Made by a program: the position numbers and the translations under genes. A DNA stretch of 64,000 bases from a virus (lineage: Duplodnaviria; Caudoviricetes), in IMG/VR virus record IMGVR_UViG_3300047160_018490, positions 13,903 through 77,902 of that record. One strand, written 5' to 3'. Positions 45,201-53,736 of the stretch are shown in pieces. The first letter of the stretch is position 1, and every line of letters starts with the position of its first letter. The notes below the pieces were generated by a model, which saw only the letters and a list, made by a program, of their open reading frames with translations, was not told the origin of the DNA and did no database searches.

Positions 45201-48200
45201 ACTCGAATGCTCCAGCCATGTGCCTCTGGTTCCCGCGATCTGCCTGCTGTTCTGCGGCTTCCTGGTTGGCAATGCCCTCATGGACTCGATTGCCAGTGTA
45301 GGTGTCCTGTATGTACCACTGGCCGGTGCCATCGTTGTAGGGTTGAGCCCTGTAGCGAGGAGCCTTTCTCACAGCCTTCTCCTCGGGCTCACTTTCATCC
45401 AGCTCCTCTGAGTGGCGTGCAACCCTCTCTGCCTCCTCCTGGGGACTACTCAATGGCTCTCCCTGCCAGGAGGAGGCCGGGTGAGATTCCATCTCGTGGA
45501 GCTTGTTAGCCCTGTCTGCACTGGCCTGGGCTGCCTCTCTCCCTCCTGGGTGAGGGTGGTTCCAACCTGTGTGTGAGTCATGGATGACAGTCCCGTGCCG
45601 CGGGTGGTCCTGAACTATGTAACGCTGCTTCTCTACCACCCCTCTCTCAAAAGGGGAGGGGCCCTCTCTTCTCCCTCTCTTCAGGCCCTTCGCCATCACC
45701 CCAGGGTAGCCCAGCCTTCCTCTCTCCCCGCGAGAGCGAAGGGGGTTGTAGTTGCTGCCCTCCAGTTGCAGCCTCGTGATGAGTTCCTTCTGCTCCTCCA
45801 CCTTCTTGAGGGCCTCCATGAGGGCCTTCTCAGGAGGTAGCCCATCGTGCTCTGAGAGGGACTCAGCAAACTTGGCAAGCTCGTAGCAGTGTGCTCCGGA
45901 ATAGCCTTCCGTCTTCGCCACCGCATGAGAGAGATGTTTAGGTGTGACCTTGGGCAGCCACTTCCTCAGCATCTCACTCCTGGCCTTCACCGTGGGGAGC
46001 CCAAACTCCAGCACGTCATGGAACCTCCCAGGGCGGTCAATGAGGGCATCTGGAAGGGACTCAGGGAAGTTGGTCGTTAGTACGGTAAGGACACCCTTGC
46101 TCCTTGCAATACCGTCCATCTCCGTCTTGAGGAGGTCGATGGTGGTGGGGTGAAGCCAGTTGTCAACGTCCTCCATGCAGATGATGGCCGGTGCCAGTTC
46201 CTTCGCCATCTCGAAGGCACTACCAATACCACCTACACTCCCAGCGGCGTGGAAGTCCCTGCTAGAGATCCAGATGAACGTGCCCTTGCTCTTGTTGCGC
46301 AGCACCCGCGAGGACATCGTCTTGCCAGTGCCTGGAGGGCCGGTAAGGATCACGCCTCTGTTGGCAAAGAGGATGCCCTTCTCATTGAAGAGATCCAATG
46401 TCCTTCTAAGGGAGGTCTTGTTGTGCTCCTCCAGGAAGACATCGTCCCAACCCTCCTCCGTGCGGGGGAGAAACTCCCCTGAAAGAGAGAAGGCTTCTCC
46501 TTTGAGGAAGTTATTCTCCCTCGCCCAGGTCCATGCTTTATCAATCACCTCCTGAGAGATGGGAGCTTCCTGAAGTCTGGTAAAGGCAGTCACCTTCAGC
46601 CCGTTCCAGGTGGGCTCGAACTTCAGGACGAACTTCTCTCCACTACCTCGAAAGGCGTTGTGAGGCCCTCTACCTTTCTCCTGGTAGAGAGGGCTTCTTC
46701 CCAGGATGCCCTTCCTGATCTGCAATGGCATGCCCCTCTTGATAGGAAGCATCCCCTCGAAGAAGGCTGTCCCCTGCACGAGGAAGGTATCTCTTTGGGT
46801 GGAGTTGAGCTGGATGGTCTCGTAGACAGGGGGCGCCTCCATGCCCTTGCTCTGGTAGCCCTCCTGGAAGTTCCTCACCTCTACCAGCTTGTACCCAGAG
46901 ACTGCGTGCTTGAGGCCAGTGAGGAAGGAGCCCAGTCTGGGAGAGGGAATGAGGGCGGTGTTCTGGACGAGGTCCTTTATCTCACATCCCAGGTACTTGG
47001 CCGCCACCCGGTAGATGACAGAAGCACCCACAGGAGGGGCATCCTCCATCTCCACTCCTGTATCGAAGGAGTCGAAGATAGAAGGGAGGGCCTTGTTCCA
47101 GCGCTCCCTTTTCCTTACCTCTCTCCCGGGGGAAATAGCATGCTCATGGTGTGGCTCATCACCCCAGTTGTACTCCTCTTCCTCCTCGGGGTCGAAGTGA
47201 GACATCCCCCCTTCCATTGCATCACTGGCACAGTCGTCACAGAAGTGCGCCTGGTCACTGGGCTCATCGTACTGGGGGTTGTACATGCGGGTGGTAGCAG
47301 GCCGGGTGCAGGCTCCTGAATGGTGGGGGCAGCCTGGGTCGTCACACTCGCAGGTTCCGAGGTTCTCATGTTCAGGAGTGTGTTGACCTCTGGAGCGCAG
47401 GAGTTGCTCCTCACCCTCGATGGGGATGGCGCCCTTCTCTACCTGCTTCTGAATGCAGGAAGAGGGGGAAGACTCCTGACCTTTCGTAACGATGGTGCTG
47501 CAAGGGACGCAGACGCCGCTGGGAGTCTCGCACCATCCATTCCAGCAACCAGATGCCTTTGCACAGTAGGGGAGCCACGCCTTCTGAAGCCTGGGAGACA
47601 TCCAGACCTTCTCCTGGTCATAAGCGTCCCTGATGGCTCCCTGGTTGCTTCCTACCCCTACCACAGACCATTCTGTAACGTCATACCTCTTGAAGAGCCA
47701 CCCAGGCGGCATGAGAGGAGGATGCTGCGGGTGGGCCTTCCCGCTATCGAAGTCCTTCAGACCATAGTGCTCTCCTCGCTCCCTCCTGTAGGCTTCGATG
47801 GGCACGAAGGCGATGCTGGCAGCGGAGAGTATCCTTCTCTTCACCTTGCCATAGATGAAGTCCGCATCCGGATCAGCGCGATCAAAGTAGCCTACTGCAC
47901 GTATCCGGTTCTCTTCAGGATAGACAGTGATGCGCCCATCGGGGGAGCGAGATACTCCAATAGGGATCTCCCACCCCTGCTGCTGGTGGCCGAAGAAGAT
48001 GACCGGGTTGCGTGCGTAGTTCTCCAGTTGGGCGCCCAGAGGCACCACCACGTCACCATCCCTATCCTCATCCAGGTTGGTGATGACGAAGGGGATGCTG
48101 CCTTCGTCATCGTTTGCTTCCCCTGGGAGAGCAGCTCCTGGAGTAACGAGGCCGAGGGTGTTTTCCTTCCCAAGCTGGACCCAGGAGTAGGCGGAGAGGG

Positions 48201-48333
48201 CCTTGGGAAGGGAAATGACCCCCCTCCGCGTCATCTCCTGGAGGGAGGTGTAGCGGTCCTGAACCTTGTCAATGACTGGGTGGAGGATAATAGGAGAGCC
48301 CTCAAGGAGAAAAGTGGGCAAAGAGGCTCGCAC
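42226..48333 (-). CDS. HK97-type prohead serine protease fused to an AAA+ ATPase and repeat modules (2035 aa)
   Basis: Protease: DRDGDVVVP, NPVIFFGH (His), LSAASIAF (Ser), EWSVVGVGSNQGA. ATPase: GVILTGPPGTGKT, IICMEDVD, TTNFPESLPDALIDRPGRF. The C-terminal region carries YEVR..YRT..HP modules. Confidence 0.9.
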   Translation of the reverse strand: MRASLPTFLLEGSPIILHPVIDKVQDRYTSLQEMTRRGVISLPKALSAYSWVQLGKENTLGLVTPGAALPGEANDDEGSIPFVITNLDEDRDGDVVVPLGAQLENYARNPVIFFGHQQQGWEIPIGVSRSPDGRITVYPEENRIRAVGYFDRADPDADFIYGKVKRRILSAASIAFVPIEAYRRERGEHYGLKDFDSGKAHPQHPPLMPPGWLFKRYDVTEWSVVGVGSNQGAIRDAYDQEKVWMSPRLQKAWLPYCAKASGCWNGWCETPSGVCVPCSTIVTKGQESSPSSCIQKQVEKGAIPIEGEEQLLRSRGQHTPEHENLGTCECDDPGCPHHSGACTRPATTRMYNPQYDEPSDQAHFCDDCASDAMEGGMSHFDPEEEEEYNWGDEPHHEHAISPGREVRKRERWNKALPSIFDSFDTGVEMEDAPPVGASVIYRVAAKYLGCEIKDLVQNTALIPSPRLGSFLTGLKHAVSGYKLVEVRNFQEGYQSKGMEAPPVYETIQLNSTQRDTFLVQGTAFFEGMLPIKRGMPLQIRKGILGRSPLYQEKGRGPHNAFRGSGEKFVLKFEPTWNGLKVTAFTRLQEAPISQEVIDKAWTWARENNFLKGEAFSLSGEFLPRTEEGWDDVFLEEHNKTSLRRTLDLFNEKGILFANRGVILTGPPGTGKTMSSRVLRNKSKGTFIWISSRDFHAAGSVGGIGSAFEMAKELAPAIICMEDVDNWLHPTTIDLLKTEMDGIARSKGVLTVLTTNFPESLPDALIDRPGRFHDVLEFGLPTVKARSEMLRKWLPKVTPKHLSHAVAKTEGYSGAHCYELAKFAESLSEHDGLPPEKALMEALKKVEEQKELITRLQLEGSNYNPLRSRGERGRLGYPGVMAKGLKRGRREGPSPFERGVVEKQRYIVQDHPRHGTVIHDSHTGWNHPHPGGREAAQASADRANKLHEMESHPASSWQGEPLSSPQEEAERVARHSEELDESEPEEKAVRKAPRYRAQPYNDGTGQWYIQDTYTGNRVHEGIANQEAAEQQADRGNQRHMAGAFEFIGGNAPPTTHEAETERINRLSGTLRAVEDTDEQGRPIEEEEKDLQKGRWAAGQYPNGGTYIRHTEYGHDIPQPPGTTLEQAQATADRASRDYGESSSHQWQRDPKGTPEEEMERINRRAEDLDKIEGPEEKAASEPEPDPNEIGRPEHDPEWGTVGEHEEDWDWHPPYGPNPEEWRHDIPPISMASERARINQRSREMQAREVLEGDVDPPTSGEDKKGLRKADRPEGVGPHHNEYTPEGFATDEREWAFGSGHPRDWVYDPQYTSASEEARIARRSRELARLEGDTRSPTFGEALQGIDPPEDLIPHPEESEDPVGEHSENNPGFLHRIPKHFKGSCGCKNCSRGKACPCKKDVVEKALIYEVRPPDEGSTLYRVHRSPSHPQQQQYPYAIYETHSEEEAYAEARRLHARYLDTHAILDEIGKSAEGSPSETRKALDTQGGELPQVSSEALQAADFITYGEGVEGSNCGNCQYNQGGICQEKRIKGQPVNKRNCCAYWDAPGTLRAWEGGESTPEKGVRKKLIYEVRSTNDDPPLYGVYRTDTHPWGPEEAPVYQTDHEAQAAEYARAMHARYMNLRTVREEEHKAARKALYYEVRPMKNGKFGVYRTESHPYGVGEGYPILDTGTEEEAHRFARGLHANYVDETADTAEYHKAIQKDFPALYEVLPHPTENDRFGVFRTSNHPSGAPPTGGPPVGAWTDWYRAEENRDRLQRALANKLTTEAETMKSLQKGPPPLPRRPAKPTALVHQNPEDAPFDVGAGQGEEPPQPSTASKPGPPEMPYYEVRDHPEGGYGIHRSEHHPMGASDEPAVRTDTLDRANSYVSHLHNQAASNLLLHTNRRAPEKTPPPSPASLPPPLPQAGGGAPRRRPLRAEEIPQGPGATIRSLQREVEEEKSIEKVDPKDITWVEDPEDIYEVRPHEESHLSGLYQIIHRPSGEALWSQSSHLGGLLDWVERHNRQYRETPKPSDKAFSPELLHRIEALARRIGV

Positions 48334-48390
48334 GGACGCAGGCGAGCGCAGCGAGGCTCTATCACTCTACGGGCTGAAGATGGGTGGCGT

Positions 48391-48630
48391 CTACGCTTTC
48401 TTCCTCATCACCACCTTGGGCCCACTCTTGCTGGGAGATCTCTCTTTGCAAGAAGGGCACTCAGCGTAGGGGCATCCCTCCCAGAAGGGCATATCTTTTC
48501 CTTGCTGAGGAGTGGGCGCAGGAGTCACCTCCCTCCTGGGGAGGAAGAAGGTTTGCTTGCAGACGTGGCAGACCCCGAAGAGGATCTCCTCAGGGTCTGC
48601 ATCTTCAGGAGGTTTGCGTGGGAGGAGCAA
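48391..48630 (-). CDS. small Zn-ribbon protein
   Basis: CHVC...CPYAECPSC. Confidence 0.5.
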   Translation of the reverse strand: MLLPRKPPEDADPEEILFGVCHVCKQTFFLPRREVTPAPTPQQGKDMPFWEGCPYAECPSCKERSPSKSGPKVVMRKKA

Positions 48631-48820
48631 AGATGTGATCCTTGAAGTGCTCGTCCAGATAGGTAGAAGCCTGCTCCTTTACACGCACTCTCTCTGTCTC
48701 CGTCAGGATTCTCCCACACTCTCCACAGGAGAAGTGGTCAATGAGAATGACACTCCTGGCGGCCTGGAAACACTTGCAGTAAGGACAGTAGAAGTAGGTG
48801 GTCATAACGCCTCCCCACAA
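48605..48820 (-). CDS. small Zn-ribbon protein
   Basis: YCPYCKC...FSCGECG; probable start MTTY. Confidence 0.5.
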   Translation of the reverse strand: MWGGVMTTYFYCPYCKCFQAARSVILIDHFSCGECGRILTETERVRVKEQASTYLDEHFKDHIFAPPTQTS

Positions 48821-49083
48821 GGGTCTGCGAGAGGGTATGCCTTCAGGAAGCGTAGGGCGTCATTCACACTCTCGAAGTATCGCAGCTTGGGACCATCGAA
48901 TACCAGCCCATTCTCCATGCCCAGGGAGACGAACCAGCGGGGCTTCTCACCTTCTTCCATCTTCTTCTTCCTGCGGCCTACCTTGCTCTGGAAGATAACC
49001 GGACCCTGGAGCCTGTAGGGCCCAGGACAGAGCCAGTAGGTGCCATAGGCGTCTGGTTCAGGAGTGGCGTTAGGTAGAAGCAC
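48802..49083 (-). CDS. hypothetical protein
   Basis: Co-directional 93 aa ORF overlapping its neighbours. Confidence 0.4.
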   Translation of the reverse strand: MLLPNATPEPDAYGTYWLCPGPYRLQGPVIFQSKVGRRKKKMEEGEKPRWFVSLGMENGLVFDGPKLRYFESVNDALRFLKAYPLADPCGEAL

Positions 49084-49720
49084 TGGTGCCCCCTGACAGC
49101 GTCTTGAACTGGATGGCGATGTGAGCCCACTTGCTCATAGTGGCCTTTGCTGGGGTGAAGAGGTAGCGGCAATCCTTCAGGAAGGCGAGGGCCTTCAGAC
49201 AAATCTCCTCCTTCTTCTTGCAATCCTCCAGGATGGCCTCGCTCTCTCTTTTCCCCTGGGCCAGCATATCCTCCAGCACGTTCTGTGCCTCGCCCTTCAC
49301 CAGGAAGCGGTTCTGGGCTCTCATGATGGCGTCGATGGAAGCCTTGCAGGAGCCTTTATTTTCCCTGATGGCATCGAGGGAGGCTTGTACTTTCCTCCTC
49401 ATCCAGTCTACGAGGTCAATCTCCTCCGGCTTGCCATATCCCTTGGCACACTCCTGAATGCACGCCCCCAAGGTGTTGTTCAGGATGACCACCACCTGTA
49501 AGAAGGAGTTGTCAGCCTGGGCGCCGAGGTCCCCTGTGCGGTCATAGTTCGCCCTTCTCTCCTCATCTGAAAGGACATCGTAGGCGAGCTGCACCTCCTG
49601 GAAGACCTTCACATCCCCTCCCCTATCGGGATGGGACTTCATGGCCTTCTTGCGATAGGCTTTCTTCACCTGCTCAGGGGTAGCCTCTTTGGGGATACCC
49701 AGTACCACATACGGGTTCAC
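49070..49720 (-). CDS. J-domain (Hsp40 class C-like) protein
   Basis: MNPYVVLGIPKEAT.EQVKKAYRKKAMKSHPDRGG...FQEVQLAYDVLSDEERRANYD with an intact HPD; helical C-terminal domain. Confidence 0.92.
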   Translation of the reverse strand: MNPYVVLGIPKEATPEQVKKAYRKKAMKSHPDRGGDVKVFQEVQLAYDVLSDEERRANYDRTGDLGAQADNSFLQVVVILNNTLGACIQECAKGYGKPEEIDLVDWMRRKVQASLDAIRENKGSCKASIDAIMRAQNRFLVKGEAQNVLEDMLAQGKRESEAILEDCKKKEEICLKALAFLKDCRYLFTPAKATMSKWAHIAIQFKTLSGGTSAST

Positions 49721-49722
49721 GG

Positions 49723-50994
49723 TTACCGCTTTCTGTAAAGGGGAGACTTACGGAGGATGCTCTTGCTTTCCTCAGGAGGGGGAGGAAAAGCGGGCTCTTC
49801 CTTCCCGGGACGCAGCCTAATGCGAGACATACCCGCCGCTGTCCTTCCCTGGTCAGAGTCCGGGTTGTTTGACCCTCTGGACCCTTCTGTACCTGCTGGA
49901 GACCGAGCCCTTTCACCTTCCAGGAGCATGTCCTCTTCGATCTGGGTAAGCGGGTCAGGAGTATGCTCTGGTTGCTTCTCCACTTCTTCCTCTGGAGGGG
50001 CTTCCTCTTCCAGATCCCTTTGCATACGCTGACCCTCTGGGGAATTCCAGAACCGTAACCTCTCCTGCTCTATACTCCCCTCCGAGCGTCCCGCTGAGGA
50101 GGCCGGGTTGTTGGTCCCACGGGCACCTCTTGTACCAGCACGGGACGGTCTCTGCTCGTGCTCTCGCTGAGAACCAGGCACCAGAGGAGGCTGCTTCTCC
50201 ACTTCACCTCCCATCAGCTTCCTTACAGTGGCAAGGGGTATGCCCTTTCTCACAGCCTGACGCATGAGGTTACTGAGCTGCTTCTTCAGCTCCTTCACGG
50301 CATCGGTATCTGTTACCACTTTCCCCTCCCCATTACCAGCAGCAGTACCCTCTTTCCTCATCATGAACTCGATGCGTGAAGCCTTCTTGTGGGCCTCATC
50401 ATAGCCCATCCCTCCCTGCATGAGCTTCCTCTCCGCTGTCTCGTGCATGAGGGTATACTCCTTCTCGTTCTCCGAGAGGGTGTCCTCCAGCCAAATCTCA
50501 TCGCGGGGAACCCAGGGGTAAACTTCCCCATTGCCGCCCTCCACAAAATCAGTCTTGTAGAGGTCCCTCACCTTGTGGCCGTCCACCAGGTAAACCTTCA
50601 GCCCCTCCTCGGGAAGCTCCTTCCAAAGGGATGTCCTCACGTCACTCAGAGCAGGGCCGCCTTCCTCGCCCTCGCCTGGTTGCCGGCCGCCAGAAGATAG
50701 GCCCTCTTTCTCTCTCTCAGCCCGTTCTACACTCTGGCCTCTCTCATAGGCGTCATCCTCTGAGAGACCACCCTTCTGTGCCCTCTCCACAGCCAGGGCG
50801 CCATCTACCAGGATGCGCCTCTCCTCTGGCTCTACATTCTCGTCTAACCACACCTCTCCGGGGGGAATAAGGGAGGGAAAGTCAGAATGCAGCCCCACCA
50901 CGCCGAACTCCTGGTTGGTAAGGCCAGAGGAGCGTATCTTCTCCGCGTTTACCAGGTGGACGCGGGTGCTCTTTCTGTACTCAGGAATGGGCAT
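49723..50994 (-). CDS. head-associated protein with a duplicated domain (one HExxE...H copy) and C-terminal VEKQP repeats
   Basis: IPPGEVWLDENV / VPRDEIWLEDTL duplication, LMHETAERKLM...YDEAH motif, and two VEKQP...RG.NNP.S..GR units; directly after the portal gene. Confidence 0.7.
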   Translation of the reverse strand: MPIPEYRKSTRVHLVNAEKIRSSGLTNQEFGVVGLHSDFPSLIPPGEVWLDENVEPEERRILVDGALAVERAQKGGLSEDDAYERGQSVERAEREKEGLSSGGRQPGEGEEGGPALSDVRTSLWKELPEEGLKVYLVDGHKVRDLYKTDFVEGGNGEVYPWVPRDEIWLEDTLSENEKEYTLMHETAERKLMQGGMGYDEAHKKASRIEFMMRKEGTAAGNGEGKVVTDTDAVKELKKQLSNLMRQAVRKGIPLATVRKLMGGEVEKQPPLVPGSQREHEQRPSRAGTRGARGTNNPASSAGRSEGSIEQERLRFWNSPEGQRMQRDLEEEAPPEEEVEKQPEHTPDPLTQIEEDMLLEGERARSPAGTEGSRGSNNPDSDQGRTAAGMSRIRLRPGKEEPAFPPPPEESKSILRKSPLYRKR

Positions 50995-53317
50995 ACGCCT
51001 TCCCGTTACTCTTCTCAGGTTGCAGGTGAAGCCTGTTCAGGAGTGTGGTGTAGTCTCTTCCCAGCGTCCTGGAGAAGGTGGAGAAGACCTCCCTCGCCTT
51101 CTTCCACGAGAAGGGAAGGATCTCATCCCTTACCATCGTCCCCTTCAGCGTCTCACCTACGCCCAGCACACATTCTGCAAGGGCGGCACCAGGGAGCGAG
51201 CCCCAGAGGCTATTAAAGCTCGCCCCTGATGACCACCCCGCGGTCCCCAACAGGAGACCAGCACCAGGCGCACTCCACAACGCCTGCCCCGACATGAGGA
51301 CCATCATGGCACCAGGAGAGCCATACTCCTTCACCAGGTTGGTGGTAAAGCCCTCCGCTCGCTTCTCCAGGAAATGAGAGGCTGCATCTAACTGCTCCAG
51401 CGTCTTTCTGTCTTTGATGGCTCTGAGGGCTTGCTGGTGTTTCAGGAGTGTGCTCCCTGCTCTGTGAAGAGATCTGGACAGGCGTGCAGAGAAGCTCCTA
51501 TCGAGGCTTCTCCTATCTACCCTTTCCCCCGGGAAGGACTTGAGGAACTTTCTGGGAGGTCCAGCCTGCATGGCCTGGGAGTTGGGGTTTTCCACCTCGC
51601 CACCACCGGCTTCCATCTGCTGGCCGTTTCCGCCTCCCTCTTCTTCCTCGCCCTCTGCACCTTCTTCCCCTTCTGGAGGCAGCATGGGCTGAGGCATCAT
51701 GGCCTCCAGGTATTCCCCCATCGCCAGGTAGGGCTCGATGGGCTCCTGAGCGTTCACAGCCCAGGGGGTGAGGCCACCTGGCCCTGCAATCATGGGGTTG
51801 TCGCCACCGAAGCGATAGGGCTTGCGTCCTCGCAGGGCGCGGACCTCGTTGGGCGTGATGGCATAGAACGCCCCGTCTACCTGGAGGTCTGCGTTCACCT
51901 GCTGGGGATCTGCGGGGACACAATCATCCCACCAGAGCCGTACATAGCGAGCGCCATAAGTGCCTCCAGCACTACCATCCCCGAGGGCCCAAGCAGATCG
52001 GGTTGAGGCAGGCTCGTCCCACTTCTTCGCAAGGTGCTTGGTAAGAGTCTGCCCCCTCTGCGCCAGCCTTGGATTGAAGCAGTTGCTGCACAGGGCGGCC
52101 AGCACGGCAAGAACACTGCCATACGTCATGCCCTCACTGATACCGATGGCGGTCTTGGGGACGTGGAAGGCAGCCAGGATCATGTCACGGATCTGCTCCT
52201 CCGATTGGAAATAGGCCATCTCCGTGGGGGAGAAGGAGAGAGGTGTGATCTTCGCCCCAGGAGGGGTGATGACTGGCTTACCGTAGTTGTATTCTCCCTG
52301 GATCTTGCTCATGAACTTCGCCTCCAGACGAGCTATCCTGTTGTCGTCTGGATCTTCGTAGCCCTCGCCCAGCTCCACCCAAAATTCTGGGCGGGCCTGG
52401 TTCATGAACTGGGACCATCTGGACTTGGAGATGGACTCCTCGCTGTCGATCCACTGCGCCACCGCGGCGAGCTTGGCATAGCCATCAATCTTGTTGATGG
52501 GGCTCTTCCACCGGGTCATGATGACTTCATCAGGGGGAAGGCGCAGGATACCCGCACTCCCCATCCCACCCCAGGGGCGTACCTCGTAATACTGGATGAG
52601 TTCATCGAAGTGAGGGTTATCAGGAGGTACATAGGAGTATCTGTAACGGAGGTAATCACCAACCTCTTGCCCCTCGTCGTAGCGCCTCAACTTGTCGTAG
52701 TCGATCCTGTTGCCGCTTCCTCCTGTGCGTGGCCATACCCAGTGGCTCGGGATGACCCACAGCTCGCATGGGATGCCCCACCTATTGGGGACCATCCAGA
52801 TGTAATCTACCCCGCAAAGCTCAGAAAACATCTGAGCTTCGTAGGCAAAATCAAAGGCTGTGTCGTGCTTGTTGGGGTTCTCGATCAGCTCGCGGAGGGT
52901 GTGGTCTCTCTCCAGTGGCTCCAGCTCCTCGTGGGGCTTCACCACAGAGAGGGCCTTACTCCTGTATGCCCCCATCGTGAGCCAGGAGTATCCACCCTCA
53001 GTCACCCAGGAATCCTGCCCAAAGCCACCACCCATGAAGCGATGAGCAGCCTTCTGGGTATTGGGACCTGGCATGTCTGAGACGTATGCCATGTTGGGCA
53101 TCATGCCAGCCATCTTGCTGCAGATGAGGTCTATGGCAACGAAGCACCAGTTCCTCATGTGGAGGACTTGTTCCAGGCGATCTTGTGACCATCCCCCAGG
53201 CCAACCCGTTCCCCTGTTGGGGAAGAGGGAGGCCATGATGCGCTCGCCCTTGGCTGCACGCTTCTCCCTCAGGCCCCTGATGGACCTGAGTGCTGGGAGG
53301 TATTTGTCTACGCGCAT
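50981..53317 (-). CDS. HK97-family portal protein with a C-terminal extension
   Basis: NWCFVAIDLICSKMA, ELIENPN, LWVIPSHWV, LPPDEVIMTRW..P...DGY, PTEMAYF, AAFHVP and ITPNEVRALRG.KP motifs. Confidence 0.9.
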   Translation of the reverse strand: MRVDKYLPALRSIRGLREKRAAKGERIMASLFPNRGTGWPGGWSQDRLEQVLHMRNWCFVAIDLICSKMAGMMPNMAYVSDMPGPNTQKAAHRFMGGGFGQDSWVTEGGYSWLTMGAYRSKALSVVKPHEELEPLERDHTLRELIENPNKHDTAFDFAYEAQMFSELCGVDYIWMVPNRWGIPCELWVIPSHWVWPRTGGSGNRIDYDKLRRYDEGQEVGDYLRYRYSYVPPDNPHFDELIQYYEVRPWGGMGSAGILRLPPDEVIMTRWKSPINKIDGYAKLAAVAQWIDSEESISKSRWSQFMNQARPEFWVELGEGYEDPDDNRIARLEAKFMSKIQGEYNYGKPVITPPGAKITPLSFSPTEMAYFQSEEQIRDMILAAFHVPKTAIGISEGMTYGSVLAVLAALCSNCFNPRLAQRGQTLTKHLAKKWDEPASTRSAWALGDGSAGGTYGARYVRLWWDDCVPADPQQVNADLQVDGAFYAITPNEVRALRGRKPYRFGGDNPMIAGPGGLTPWAVNAQEPIEPYLAMGEYLEAMMPQPMLPPEGEEGAEGEEEEGGGNGQQMEAGGGEVENPNSQAMQAGPPRKFLKSFPGERVDRRSLDRSFSARLSRSLHRAGSTLLKHQQALRAIKDRKTLEQLDAASHFLEKRAEGFTTNLVKEYGSPGAMMVLMSGQALWSAPGAGLLLGTAGWSSGASFNSLWGSLPGAALAECVLGVGETLKGTMVRDEILPFSWKKAREVFSTFSRTLGRDYTTLLNRLHLQPEKSNGKAYAHS

Positions 53318-53356
53318 GAGGAGAGAAGAGAGAAAAAGAGGGTAGCCACGCCCCTA

Positions 53357-53650
53357 CTATCCCAGGCCGTTCCTCCTGAGGGAAGAGGCTTGCTCCCTGA
53401 GGACGTTGGCCACGAGAGGATGGTCTGGGAAGTCGAGGGCCCTCTTCTCAAGCCTGCAAGCTACTTCCTCCAGAGCCCAGCAGACCGCTTTGCCCATAGC
53501 CTTCCTGGCTACCTGGGTGAGCTGCTCTCCGAAGTGGGGGATGAGGGAGCGGATGAACTCGTGCGTGAGGTCTGTGCTGGCTTTCAGGATTCCATCCATC
53601 TCTTCCACCGCTCTCCTATGGTATCCATGAGGGTGAAGAAGTAGGCGCAC
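53357..53650 (-). CDS. hypothetical protein
   Basis: 97 aa co-directional ORF. Confidence 0.45.
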   Translation of the reverse strand: MRLLLHPHGYHRRAVEEMDGILKASTDLTHEFIRSLIPHFGEQLTQVARKAMGKAVCWALEEVACRLEKRALDFPDHPLVANVLREQASSLRRNGLG

Positions 53651-53736
53651 ACTATCAGGGCAGCAGTAACAGGGATCACGACGGCTATGGACAGGAAGAG
53701 GCCGACGAGGTCACTCAGCTCTGATAGAACACGCAT
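53584..53736 (-). CDS. small single-TM protein
   Basis: Probable start MRVLSE at 53736; one hydrophobic segment. Confidence 0.35.
   Translation of the reverse strand: MRVLSELSDLVGLFLSIAVVIPVTAALIVCAYFFTLMDTIGERWKRWMES

Noticed and set aside
45700-47050. AAA+ region as an intein or mobile insertion in the protease gene
   Set aside because: No intein N-terminal Cys/Ser block, no His-Asn C-terminus and no LAGLIDADG/HNH motif; it is a plain AAA+ module.
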